A stretch of 47,206 nt of DNA from NCBI GenBank assembly GCA_022705625.1, contig JAKJEE010000001.1, forward strand, positions 1 to 47,206. The letters are read 5' to 3'. Source of the DNA: Patescibacteria group bacterium. GTDB taxonomy: Bacteria > Patescibacteriota > Minisyncoccia > UBA6257 > JAKLIH01. The notes under the pieces were generated by a model. That model did not search any database, was not told where the DNA came from, and was given only the letters and a program-made list of their open reading frames with translations. This document shows positions 34,089-43,734 of this stretch, in pieces (position 1 is the stretch's first letter; the number at the start of each line of letters is the position of its first letter). A program made the position numbers and the translations under genes.

Positions 34089-34772
34089 TTATTCTTTAGC
34101 AACTTTACGGCGAATATATAAAGTTTGAATAATATTTAAAATGGTAATGACAATTCAGTAAAGGAAAATTACACTTTTAAAATTTTTGTAATTAAGAATA
34201 AAAATAGCTGGGAACACATAAGTAAAAATCTTTATCATATTTTTTTGTGGATCGTTATTGTTTAAATACTTTAAGGTCACCATACCTTGAAGGACTTGAA
34301 CTGCTGACGCTAAAATGGCAAAAACCAAATTGGCTTGAGATAAATTAACTATTCCCAAAAAATTATAACTAATATTGGCATTAATTAGTTTACCAACTCA
34401 TGGGTATAAATTATTAATAAAATCTGGTCTAACCGCTACGGTAAAAGCGCTATACAACCCAAAGATGATAAAAATTTGTAAAAATGAGAATAGAAAAGCA
34501 AAACTGGGATTAATTTTATTATCTTTATAAATTGCTAATAATAATTCAGTTTGTTTTTTAGGATCTTTTTTGTATTCAGTTTGAATTTGTTTAATTTCAG
34601 GTTGAATTTTTTGCATCTTTTTCTGTAGAATTTCATTACGAGTAAATAGTGGCCATAGCAAGCCACGAATAGCAACGGTAGTGAAAATAATACCCAAACC
34701 AAAATCACCAAAAAAATTAGTTATTAAAAATAATAAATTTATAGTTGGCTGTCAAAATAAGGTTTTAAACAT
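34089..34772 (-). CDS. yidC: Membrane protein insertase YidC (short, Gram-positive/CPR type)
   Basis: Fragments are joined in one frame. GLGIIFTTVAIRGLLWPL, QKKMQKIQPEIKQIQ..YK.D....Q.E...IYK...INP. Sits in the rnpA-yidC-jag synteny. Confidence 0.85.
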
Positions 34773-34775
34773 ATG

Positions 34776-35111
34776 TTATTTATTTAATTTTTTAACCAGC
34801 ATATTTAACTCTTGTTGAATTTCTTGAAAATTCATTCGAGTTATTTCCTTTTTAATTACAATTACTATGTCCAAAGCAGTTGGTATAATCGTTAATGATT
34901 GATAAACAATATCCCTTAATAGCCGTTTATAATAATTGCGATCAACGGCCTTACTTAATGTTTTAGCTGATACCACAAAAGCAAAGCGGGAATGAGACAA
35001 ATTATTGTTCGCAAAATTAATGATGATACCTCGACCAAACACTGCCGCTTGATTTTGGTAAACACGACGAATATCTTTGTCTTTACCTAATCGATACTTT
35101 TTAGCTAACAT
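34776..35111 (-). CDS. rnpA: Ribonuclease P protein component
   Basis: LAKKYRL....I..V......RFAFVVSAK..KAV.RN..KR.LR. Lies downstream of rpmH. Confidence 0.85.
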   Translation of the reverse strand: MLAKKYRLGKDKDIRRVYQNQAAVFGRGIIINFANNNLSHSRFAFVVSAKTLSKAVDRNYYKRLLRDIVYQSLTIIPTALDIVIVIKKEITRMNFQEIQQELNMLVKKLNK

Positions 35112-35113
35112 AA

Positions 35114-35254
35114 TTAAGCAGAAAGTTTTTTACGATTTTTTAATCTTCTTTGTTTAATGATTTTTTTACCAGCTGATGTGGATTGTCGGCTTAAAAAACC
35201 AAACTTTTTAGCTCTTTTTCTTTTACTGGGTTGATAAGTTCGTTTAGTGGCCAT
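35114..35254 (-). CDS. rpmH: 50S ribosomal protein L34
   Basis: [41 protein letters not shown] (46 aa). Too short to appear in the ORF track. Confidence 0.9.
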   Translation of the reverse strand: MATKRTYQPSKRKRAKKFGFLSRQSTSAGKKIIKQRRLKNRKKLSA

Positions 35255-35509
35255 AATAAAATTTTAATATATTAGTTAACTAATATAGCTTATCATATTA
35301 TAAATGATAAAACAAGTGGAAAAATGATAATTATTTTATATTTTAAGTAAGACCTTGATTACTTGGTAAGAAAAACTAATTTAGTTAAATTAAAACTTTG
35401 CACAGCTTTTCCACTTATTGGTTAATTTTGGCTTTACTTTGGTTGAAAAATAGTAAAAAAATAGCTATAATATAGTTGATATAATAATCGAAAAATTGAA
35501 TACTTATTT
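35255..35509. promoter_or_regulatory. rpmH-dnaA intergenic region: oriC-associated DnaA-box-like sites and the dnaA promoter
   Basis: Inverted pair AGTGGAAAA (35315..35323) / TTTTCCACT (35407..35415), a 7/9 match to TGTGGATAA. AT-rich. Confidence 0.55.
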
Positions 35510-36913
35510 ATGTCGAACGAAGAACTAAAAAGATTGTGAAAAGACGTATTGTCGGAAATTGAATTAAATATTTCTAGGGCCAATTTTATTACTTGATTTA
35601 AAAACAGTGCAATTATAGAAAAAACCAAGGACACGGTAATCGTGGCCACTAATTCTAATTTTGCTAAAGAGTGACTTGAAAATAGATATAATAAATATAT
35701 TAAAAAGGCCTTGGAAAAATTTGCCCCCGAAATAAAAACCATTATTTATAAAACCGATTCAATCGATAATATTAAAAAATATCAAAGTATTAGTGAAAAA
35801 GATTTAACTAATGATACAGCTGTTAATCCTAAAAAAACCAGTGGGGTAGCTGCTCACTTAACTCAATCAGCCCAAGATCCAGATACTAATTTAAATTCAA
35901 AATATACATTTGATAATTTGGTAGTTGGTTCACATAATGAACTGGCTCATGCCGCTGCATTAGCAGTAATTGATAATTTGGGATCTAAATATAATCCTTT
36001 GTTTATTTATGGTGGGGTAGGGTTAGGTAAAACTCATTTAATGCAAGCCCTCGGGAATGCCGTTAAAACAAAAAATAAAAAAATAAATATCTGATACATA
36101 AATACCGAAAGATTAGTAAATGATATTATTGGTTCGATCCGAGAGCAATCCATTGATGAAGTTAAAAAACAATATAAAAAAATTGATTTATTATTAATTG
36201 ATGATATTCAGTTTATTGCCAATAAGGAAAAAACCCAAGAAGAGGTATTTCATATCTTTAATGTTTTATATGAAGCTAATAAACAAATTGTGTTTACCTC
36301 GGACCGGCCACCAAAAGCTATTCCTGGACTCGAGGAAAGGTTACGATCTCGTTTTGAAGGAGGAATGGTAGCCGATATTGGCTTACCTAATTATGAAACG
36401 CGGGTGGCGATTTTAAAAAACAAATTAAAAGATAAAAAATCTAACTTACCAGAAGAAATCATTGATTATATTGCCCAAAATATTACTAATAACGTGCGAG
36501 AGTTAGAAGGAGCGTTAAATACATTATTAATTAATTTTGAAGTTAAAAAAATCAATCCCAGCATTGAATTGTCTAAAAAACTTTTAGAAGATTTTATTAA
36601 AAAACCTAAAAAAACCGTTACACCTTTAGAGGTTTTAAAAGTGGTTTCAAATTTTTATGACATACCATTAGATAAAATTAAAAGTAACTCGCGACGAAAA
36701 GATTTAGTTAAAGCCAGACAGATTACTATGTATATATTAAGAGAATTAGTAAAATTATCTTATCCAGCTATTGGTGAAGTTTTTAATAATAAAGATCACA
36801 CTACCGTAATGCATTCTTGTAAAAAAATAGAAGAGGAAAGGGTTAAAGATAGCGTTTTAAATAGTGAGTTAGAAGCAATAATTGAAAAATTAAGTTACGA
36901 TGTGTTTAATTAG
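35510..36913 (+). CDS. dnaA: Chromosomal replication initiator DnaA
   Basis: F..F..G..N..A.AAA, Walker [19 protein letters not shown], sensor/box [11 protein letters not shown]-terminal DNA-binding KDHTTVMH. Fragments are in one frame. Confidence 0.93.
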
Positions 36914-37171
36914 TGGAAAACCATTTACTAAACTTGTTGAAAAGTTTAGGATAACAAGTATTATAACTTAGGTATTGAGTTTGTTAAAAATAAATAAATA
37001 GGTTTTAGTTTTTTATAATCAAAAGTTGTGCTATAATTAAAATATGGTTATACACATTAAGAAGGTAAGAATAATTAATTATTTATTAAACAATTTTAGT
37101 TTTTACACTTATCCACCTAACTAATAATATTAATAATTATTAATAATTTAATAAAAAATAAAAATAATAAT
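36914..37171. promoter_or_regulatory. dnaA-dnaN spacer: probable oriC core (DnaA boxes plus an AT-only unwinding tract)
   Basis: AGTGGAAAA (36912..36920), TTATACACA (37047..37055) and TTATCCACC (37109..37117), the last two being 8/9 matches to TTATCCACA. About 50 nt of pure A/T lie at 37122..37171. Confidence 0.6.
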
Positions 37172-38287
37172 ATGAAATTTACTTGTTTAACTTCTAATCT
37201 TAAAAAAGCATTAAATATTTGTGAAAAAATAACTAATCGCAATTTAAGTTTACCAATTTTAAATAATATTTTAATCAAAACTTTTAAAAATCAGTTGCAG
37301 TTAGTTTCTACTGATTTAGAGTTAGGTTTGAATTATTTTGTGAATGGGGAAGTAATTGAAGAGGGTGATATTATTATTCCCACTAAATTGTTACTTAGTT
37401 TAATAAGTAATTTAAAAGAAGAAAAAATTACATTAGAAACTAAAAAAGATAAATTATATATTCAAACTAAAGATTTTGAATTAAATATTCAAGGGTTTGA
37501 TAGCACCGATTTTCCAATTATTCCAAAAATTAAATCGGAGGATTATTTAGAAATAGATTCTCAAGAATTTTTAAAAACTTTAACTCAAGTTATTAAAAGC
37601 GCCAATGCTGGTTTTAATAAACCAGAACTAAATAGTGTGTATTTTCATTTTAACAATGATAATATGTTTTTTGTGAGCACTGATAGTTTTCGATTAGCTG
37701 AGAAGCAATTAGGAAAAAGTTTTTATAAATTTAAAGGTAATCAAGAAGTTAAAATTATTGTGCCCACCAAAACCATTAATGAAGTAATGTTAATTTTACA
37801 AAATTTTGAGGATATTAATGATCGGGTTAAAATTTTCTTCTCGAATAATCAAATTTTCTTTGATTTTGGTAGTGTGGATTTAATTTCTCGGTTGATTGAA
37901 GGTGAATTTCCAAATTATAAAAATATTATACCTAAAACATTTCAAACCAAATTACAAATTGATAAAAATAAATTTATTGAATCAATTAAATTAATAAGTT
38001 TACTTAGTAGTCAAATTAAAGATATTAATATTCAATTAGATATTAAAAAACAAGAAATAGTGCTAAAAGGATCAGATACTAATAAAGGGGAGGGTATCTA
38101 TCGGGTAAAATGTTTGATTGAAGGTTATGATGCCAAAATGTGTTTTAATTATAGTTATATTTTGGATGGATTAGAGAGTATTAACAATAATGAGATTTTT
38201 ATGGGGATTAGTGAGGATAGTCCGGCCTTACTGAAAGCCACCAATGATGACAGCTTTATTTATGTGTTAATGCCAATTCGCATTTAA
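37172..38287 (+). CDS. dnaN: DNA polymerase III beta sliding clamp
   Basis: Intact 371-aa ORF directly after dnaA. LPIL.NILI, STD..R.A, LI.G.FP.Y..IIP, M.FN..Y..D.L. Confidence 0.9.
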   Translation: MKFTCLTSNLKKALNICEKITNRNLSLPILNNILIKTFKNQLQLVSTDLELGLNYFVNGEVIEEGDIIIPTKLLLSLISNLKEEKITLETKKDKLYIQTKDFELNIQGFDSTDFPIIPKIKSEDYLEIDSQEFLKTLTQVIKSANAGFNKPELNSVYFHFNNDNMFFVSTDSFRLAEKQLGKSFYKFKGNQEVKIIVPTKTINEVMLILQNFEDINDRVKIFFSNNQIFFDFGSVDLISRLIEGEFPNYKNIIPKTFQTKLQIDKNKFIESIKLISLLSSQIKDINIQLDIKKQEIVLKGSDTNKGEGIYRVKCLIEGYDAKMCFNYSYILDGLESINNNEIFMGISEDSPALLKATNDDSFIYVLMPIRI

Positions 38288-38313
38288 AATTAAGTATTAA
38301 TTATTAAGTTAGT

Positions 38314-38604
38314 ATGTTTAAATTATTAGGTGAGATTATAAAAAAAAGAGTTAAAGGATTGAATTTAGACAATGGTATTAACGAACAAGTGATTTTAAGT
38401 ATTACCGAAGATTATATAAAACAAAAAAATTTATTCCTATGTTTTCCTAAAAGTTTTATTAATAATGAGCTAACCATTGAATGTTCAAAATCAGTTATGG
38501 CTGAAGAAGTTAATAACCAAAAAAATGAAATAATAATGTTTTTAAAAGAGTCCTGTCCCGATATTAAAGTGTATAATATTAAGACACTAATTAGGCCTAA
38601 TTAA
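38314..38604 (+). CDS. DUF721/DciA-like small protein
   Basis: 96 aa, immediately downstream of dnaN. The pattern P.SF.NNELTIECSKSVMAEEVNNQKNEII.FLKE....I..I is typical of DUF721. Confidence 0.45.
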   Translation: MFKLLGEIIKKRVKGLNLDNGINEQVILSITEDYIKQKNLFLCFPKSFINNELTIECSKSVMAEEVNNQKNEIIMFLKESCPDIKVYNIKTLIRPN

Positions 38605-38614
38605 ATTATTTATT

Positions 38615-40399
38615 ATGAAAGAAACACTCGAAAAAATTATATTCGAAACGATAATCAAGGTTTTAAATCAAGAAAAATTATCAATAACTATTAATCAATC
38701 GCAAGTTAAATTAGAAAAAATTTCTAATGCAACTTTTGGCGATTTTTCAACTAATATTGGTATGGTTTTAAAATTAGATTGTAATGTTATTGATAAAATT
38801 ATTAATCAATTACAAACTAATGAAGTGGTAAAAACCTTTATTGAAAAAATCGAATTTAAACAACCAGGGTTTTTAAATTTTTATGTAAAAACCGAATTTT
38901 TATTAAATAATTTAAAAACGATAGTAAATTTAAATAAAAAGCAATTTTTTACTACTAATCGAAAAAGTTTTTTAATTGAACATACTAGTCCCAATACCAA
39001 CAAGGCGTTACACATTGGTCACTTGCGTAATTCGGTGCTGGCGATGGCTATTATCCGAATTCTCAGAGCTTTAAATCATAAAGTGACGGCCGATTGCTTA
39101 TTTAATGATCGCGGTGTGCATATTTGCAAAGCAATGTTAGGTTACTTAAGATTTAATGATCAAGTGACTGATATTAAAGACTTATTAAATCAATGAACCA
39201 AACAACCAAGTAAATGGCCACAGCCGATAGCCGATGAACCAAAAGACGCTTTTATTGGTAAATATTATATTTGAGGAAATAAATTAGAAAAAGAAGAAAA
39301 ATATAAAGAAGAATTGCAATGATTATTAAGAGAGTGAGAAAATAATCATAAACAAGTGAGAAAATTATGGAAAAAACTAAATGATTGATTTTATGAAGGA
39401 TTTTCTCAAATTTTTAAAATTATCAATAGCCAAGTTGATCATTATTGATATGAAAGTAAATTTTATAATAAAGCCAAGAATTTATTAAAAGCAGGGGTAA
39501 AAAAAGGGGTTTTTAAAACGTTGGAAGATGGGGCAATCTTAACACAATTACAGGCCTATAATCTAACGGATACAATTATTCAAAGATCAGATGGCACGGC
39601 GATGTATTTTACGCAGGACATATATTTAACGAAAATGAAAACGAGCCAGTTTATTTGTGACCAATATTTATGAGTAGTTGGCCCAGAGCAAAAACTACAT
39701 ATGCAACAAGTGTTTGCCGTTTGCGATCAATTACAGATTGGCAACAAAGATAAATTTAAACATTTAAGTTATGGCGCGGTTTGTAATAAAGATGGTAGTA
39801 AAATGAGCTCACGTAGTGGCGAAGTGCTAAGTGTAGTGGAATTACTTCAAGAGGTGGTAACTGCGATTAATAACAAGATGGGAACTGATTATCAATCATT
39901 GAAGAATTTTAATAAAAAAGACCAAGAGCATATTATCAATCAGTTAGCACTGGGTTCAATAAAATACGCAATGTTAAAATTAGAACGTGAACAAGATTTG
40001 AAGTTTGATATTAATGAAGCCATTGATTTTAGGGGGAATGGTGGGCCATATATTCAATATACGTATGCGCGCTGTTGTTCGTTATTAAATAAAACCAAAC
40101 CCAATCTTAGTAATCAAGATGAGCTAAATAGTCAACTTTCCAGTGAGGAAAAACTGTTGTTAAGACATATGTTGTATTTTAAAGAGGCGCTAACCAAATC
40201 AGGTGAAAACTTAATGCCCCATATTTTAGCAACTTATTTATTCGAATTGGCCAAATATTTTAGTAGTTTTTATGAGAAAAATCGTATTATTGATGCTGAA
40301 CAAAATCAAAAACTGAGAATTGATATGACTAAAGGGGTAGCCAATATTTTAAAATGAGGATTAGAACTATTAGGCATAGAAGTAATGGCTAAATTATAG
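38615..40399 (+). CDS. argS: Arginine--tRNA ligase
   Basis: HTSPNTNKALHIGHLRN (HIGH), DGTAMYFTQDI, MSSRSG (KMSK-like), C-terminal anticodon-binding helices. Joined across many TGAs to the TAG at 40397. Confidence 0.9.
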
Positions 40400-40413
40400 A
40401 TATCAAATAAAAT

Positions 40414-40962
40414 GTGAAAACCGTGGAATTTAAAAAATATATTTCAAAAAATATAAAAACTACTCATAAAATTGCCCAAACAATTTTAGAAGAATTAATG
40501 CTTGATATAAACCATGCTCAACAGGCACTCATTGTGATATTAAAGGGCGAATTAGGTACGGGTAAAACGGAGTTTGTAAAAGGACTCAAAGATTTTTTAA
40601 ATATAAAGAGTAATGTATTAAGTCCTACCTTTGTGGTAATGAAAGTATACGACATCAACAAAAATAATAGCGTTTTTAAAAAACTATATCATTTTGACTT
40701 ATATAGGCTGATAAACAATCAAACTCATAATTTAAATATTGACAATGATTTAGCTAATATAAGTATACAAGATGTTTTTAATAACCCAAGTAACATTGTT
40801 TTTGTTGAATGAGGAGAAGATATACCGATGCTCAATAAATATAAAATCATCACTATAGAAATAAAGATGGCAAATGAAAGAGAAAGGAAAATAACAATAA
40901 ACTATCCTAATACTTCTGCTGGGAAAAAGGCAAAGTCAAAAGTGGACAAATTGTTGACATAG
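40414..40962 (+). CDS. tsaE: tRNA t6A37 biosynthesis ATPase TsaE (YjeE)
   Basis: LKGELGTGKTEFVKG, SPTF, YHFDLYRL, VEWGE (W = TGA). GTG start. Confidence 0.8.
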
Positions 40963-41124
40963 CAATTGATTTGGTGTGTAATTCGACCAATTCTTAAAAA
41001 CATCGAAAACACTTGCTTTTTTACTAAAAGTTATATATAATATAATCAATAACAAAAAACATATAGTAAATAGTATATGTTTTTAATATGGTCGCTCGAT
41101 TTTTAATAAAGTAAAAAAATTGTT

Positions 41125-41397
41125 ATGAACAAAGAAAATTTAGTTGAATTAGTTCAAGAACAACTAAAATCAACCAAGAAAGATGCTGAAGCAGTGATTG
41201 CTTTAGTGTTTGATAGTATTTCTAAATCTTTAAAAAAGGGAGAGGATGCAGCGATTAGTGGTTTTGGCTCATTTGTAGTTAAAGCCAAAGCAGCCAGAAT
41301 GGGTGTAAATCCAAAAACAGGTGAAAAAATTCATATTGCTGCTAAGAAAGTTGCTAAGTTTAGACCAGCTAAGGCACTCAAAGATCTGTTATCCTAA
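41125..41397 (+). CDS. hup: Nucleoid-associated DNA-binding protein HU
   Basis: MNKENLVE......GFG.F.V....AR.G.NP.TGE.I.I.A.KV.KFR..K.LKD. Confidence 0.9.
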   Translation: MNKENLVELVQEQLKSTKKDAEAVIALVFDSISKSLKKGEDAAISGFGSFVVKAKAARMGVNPKTGEKIHIAAKKVAKFRPAKALKDLLS

Positions 41398-41410
41398 ATT
41401 ATATAATTTT

Positions 41411-41441
41411 AAAAACGACCCAGTCAATGGGCCGTTTTTTA
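41411..41441. terminator. Bidirectional terminator between hup (+) and rpsA (-)
   Basis: AAAAACGACCC-AGTCAAT-GGGCCGTTTTTT (one mismatch in the stem). Confidence 0.6.
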
Positions 41442-41449
41442 AAATTTAA

Positions 41450-42499
41450 TTACATTCCTAAAGTAATGCGACGATTTTCGGTGTCCAAAGATTTGATAGT
41501 GAATTGATAGGATTTTCCAACTTCAAGTGGCCCTTTAGGAGCTTCTTCTTCTCGAAGATCACTAAATTTGAGAAAACCATATACGCCTGGTTCTAATTCT
41601 ACTAATACGCCTAATGTGCCGGTTTTCAAAATAGTGCCTTCATATTTTTTGCCTAATTTATAAATATCAGTGATATCTTTTCATGGATCTGGTTTCAAAG
41701 ATTTGATTGACAAAGCAATACGGCCGTTAGTGATGCTTTCGATTTTAGCTTTAACAATATCACTTTCTTTATAGACAGCTTTCAAATCGGGGATTAATTT
41801 ATAATCTACTTCCGAGATATGAATTAAACCGTCAATGGCTGGTTCGCCGAATTTGACGAACAAACCAAAGTCAACAACTTTAGTAATTTCAGCATCAACA
41901 ATATCGCCAATTTGATATTGAGCAGCTAATTTTTGTTTATGTTCTTCATTAAGAACTTCGCGCTCAGAAAAAATAAGCTTAGCTGATTCTTTATCAAGAT
42001 CAAGAATTTTTACTGGTATTTCGGTATTAACAAAACTTCTAAGTCGAGCTAAAATTTCTTCTTTATCGCCACCATCAACTAATGGATAGTGCTCAGGGTT
42101 TAATTGTGATACCGGTAAAAAGCCTTTGATACCCATATAATCAGCGATTAAACCGCCACGATTGACTTCTCTAATTTTAATAGTAATAGTGTCACTATTT
42201 TTCTTGGCATTGGCTAAAGTGTATCAAATTTGATTAGCGCTGATTTCTTTTAATGAGGCCTCAATCAAGCCGTCTTCATTGTCTAAATCAACGATCATCA
42301 CGCTAATTTTGTCGCCAATATTTAGGTTTTTAATATAGTTTTTGGCAGTAATAAATTCAATGCCACGAACTACCGCTAAACCAAGAGGACTAACATCGAC
42401 ATATAATGTTTTTCCTTCTTTGCTTAAAACAGTGCCATCAATAGAAGAGCCAATAGCTGGAATATTGATTTTCTGATATTTTAAACGTGGTATAACCAT
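41450..42499 (-). CDS. rpsA: 30S ribosomal protein S1 (short form, four S1 domains)
   Basis: Three same-frame segments joined across TGAs. Repeated S1 OB-fold signatures (G.V......G..V.......G..H.SE). Confidence 0.8.
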
Positions 42500-42542
42500 G
42501 GTTTATGATTACCCGCTTTATTTGGTTTTAAAATTCGTAGTG

Positions 42543-42614
42543 TGCCGAGAGAGTGAATCGGACACTCGACACTACGCTCTTCAGGCGTATGCTCTACCAC
42601 TGAGCTACCTCGGC
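42543..42614 (-). tRNA. tRNA-Phe (anticodon GAA)
   Basis: Acceptor GCCGAGG/TCTCGGC, D arm GCTC-AGTGGTA-GAGC, anticodon arm TACGC-CTGAAGA-GCGTA, T arm GAGTG-TCCGATT-CACTC (atypical T loop). Confidence 0.8.
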
Positions 42615-42716
42615 ACAATTAATTATTAAATTATTAAAGCGGCATTTTTATTAAATACCAAATTGTCATTTGGTATAGGTATTATAGCAAGTTTTTTACA
42701 TTTTGTAAACAGATTG

Positions 42717-42788
42717 TGTCCCCAGGAGGAGTCGAACCTCCATCTAAAGCTTAGGACGCCCTTGTTCTATCCATTGAACTATGGGAAC
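42717..42788 (-). tRNA. tRNA-Arg (anticodon CCU)
   Basis: Acceptor GTTCCCA/TGGGGAC, D arm GTTC-AATGGATA-GAAC, anticodon loop GTCCTAA, T arm GGAGG-TTCGACT-CCTCC. Confidence 0.75.
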
Positions 42789-42796
42789 AATTAGAG

Positions 42797-42882
42797 CGGA
42801 AGGGGTGAGATTTGAACTCACGAAGGTTATTCGCCTTACAGCTTTTCGAGAGCTGCGCTTTCAACCACTCAGCCACCCTTCC
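42797..42882 (-). tRNA. tRNA-Ser (anticodon CGA), class II
   Basis: Acceptor GGAAGGG/CCCTTCC with discriminator G, anticodon arm CAGCT-CTCGAAA-AGCTG, long variable arm, T arm GTGAG-TTCAAAT-CTCAC. Confidence 0.85.
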
Positions 42883-42896
42883 AGTGTTTAAAAAAT

Positions 42897-42930
42897 AGTG
42901 AAAACCTTGTAAAGTTTTTGTTGGTTTTCA
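42897..42930 (-). terminator. Hairpin terminator between the repeat-bounded element and tRNA-Ser
   Basis: GTGAAAACC (42897..42905) / GGTTTTCAC (42922..42930). A T-run follows on the minus strand. Confidence 0.55.
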
Positions 42931-42959
42931 CGTGAATTCTAAGGTTACATTTAACAGAT

Positions 42960-43245
42960 TTAATGATAGGAGTTGAACCCCCACACTAACTTTCATTGAG
43001 CTTCAAGAGATTTCTTGGTTCTTTTTTTAAGGCCATTTAAAGCTTGAGCTCGAAGTTTGAGATTGTGTTCCCGACGATGGGCTTCATCTCTTGAGGCGTA
43101 AGCTTCGTAATACACTATTTTGGAGTGAGCTTTTGGCTTGGTGGCATACACTTTCTTTTGGTTGTGACATTTTAACCTATTTATTAAATTATTTTAATAT
43201 TGATATGGGTATTATGTATATATACTCAAAAGTATAGAGCATCAT
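42960..43245 (-). pseudogene. Degenerate small GIY-YIG (UPF0213/COG2827-like) nuclease gene
   Basis: One frame gives NNLINRLKCHNQKKVYATKPKAHSKIVYYEAYASRDEAHRREHNLKLRAQALNGLKKRTKKSLEAQ with no start codon and a TAA directly upstream. The N-terminal remnant MMLYTFEYIYII is in another frame. Confidence 0.5.
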
Positions 43246-43304
43246 ACCCACTATATTGGTTAGGCGAATAATTTAATAAATAGAAATGAAAGTTAGTGTG
43301 GGGG
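42978..43304. mobile_element. 327-bp element bounded by perfect 20-bp terminal inverted repeats, carrying a decayed GIY-YIG nuclease gene
   Basis: CCCCCACACTAACTTTCATT (42978..42997) is the exact reverse complement of 43285..43304. Its right end abuts the 3' end of tRNA-Ala. Confidence 0.6.
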
Positions 43305-43377
43305 TGGACCTGATGGGACTCGAACCCACGACCTCCTGCATGCCATGCAGGCGCTCTACCAGCTAAGCTACAGGCCC
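43305..43377 (-). tRNA. tRNA-Ala (anticodon GGC)
   Basis: Acceptor GGGCCTG/CAGGTCC includes the G3:U70 alanine identity pair. Anticodon arm CCTGC-ATGGCAT-GCAGG, T arm GTGGG-TTCGAGT-CCCAT. Confidence 0.88.
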
Positions 43378-43734
43378 ATGGTGGTTATTATACATTATTT
43401 GTTTTAATAATTCAAGCCAAGGAGTATATATAGAAGATCAAACACGTTTTGGGCTTTTATTATAAAAATCTTTTTAAATTATTTTAATTGGCACTACTAG
43501 TGAAGTCATTTTTTAAAATGTCAATTTAAATGTATTATATTAAATAGAGGAAAGTTATCAATGTTAGTAATTTAATAAATATAATATTAGTAAAAGGCCA
43601 TAAATAAAACATGATCGTAAAGACCTTGACATTTTTTTATTTATTGTTACAATTTTTATAATTAATAATAAATCAAACAATTTTTTTGAAAATTTGTTTT
43701 AAAAATGTTCTTAAAAATTGCATAAATTTAAATT

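Noticed and set aside
3571-40399. Many housekeeping genes appear in the ORF track as strings of short fragments, which could be read as widespread pseudogenisation
   Set aside because: All the fragments stay in a single frame and are separated only by TGA, and the TGAs align with conserved Trp positions. This is recoding, not gene decay.
42960-43170. ATG-initiated minus-strand frame starting at 43170 (MSQPKESVCHQAKSS...) as the real product of the TIR-bounded element
   Set aside because: This frame gives a low-complexity Ser-rich peptide. The GIY-YIG-like sequence is in a different frame that has no start codon, so the locus is treated as a pseudogene and not as a small functional ORF.
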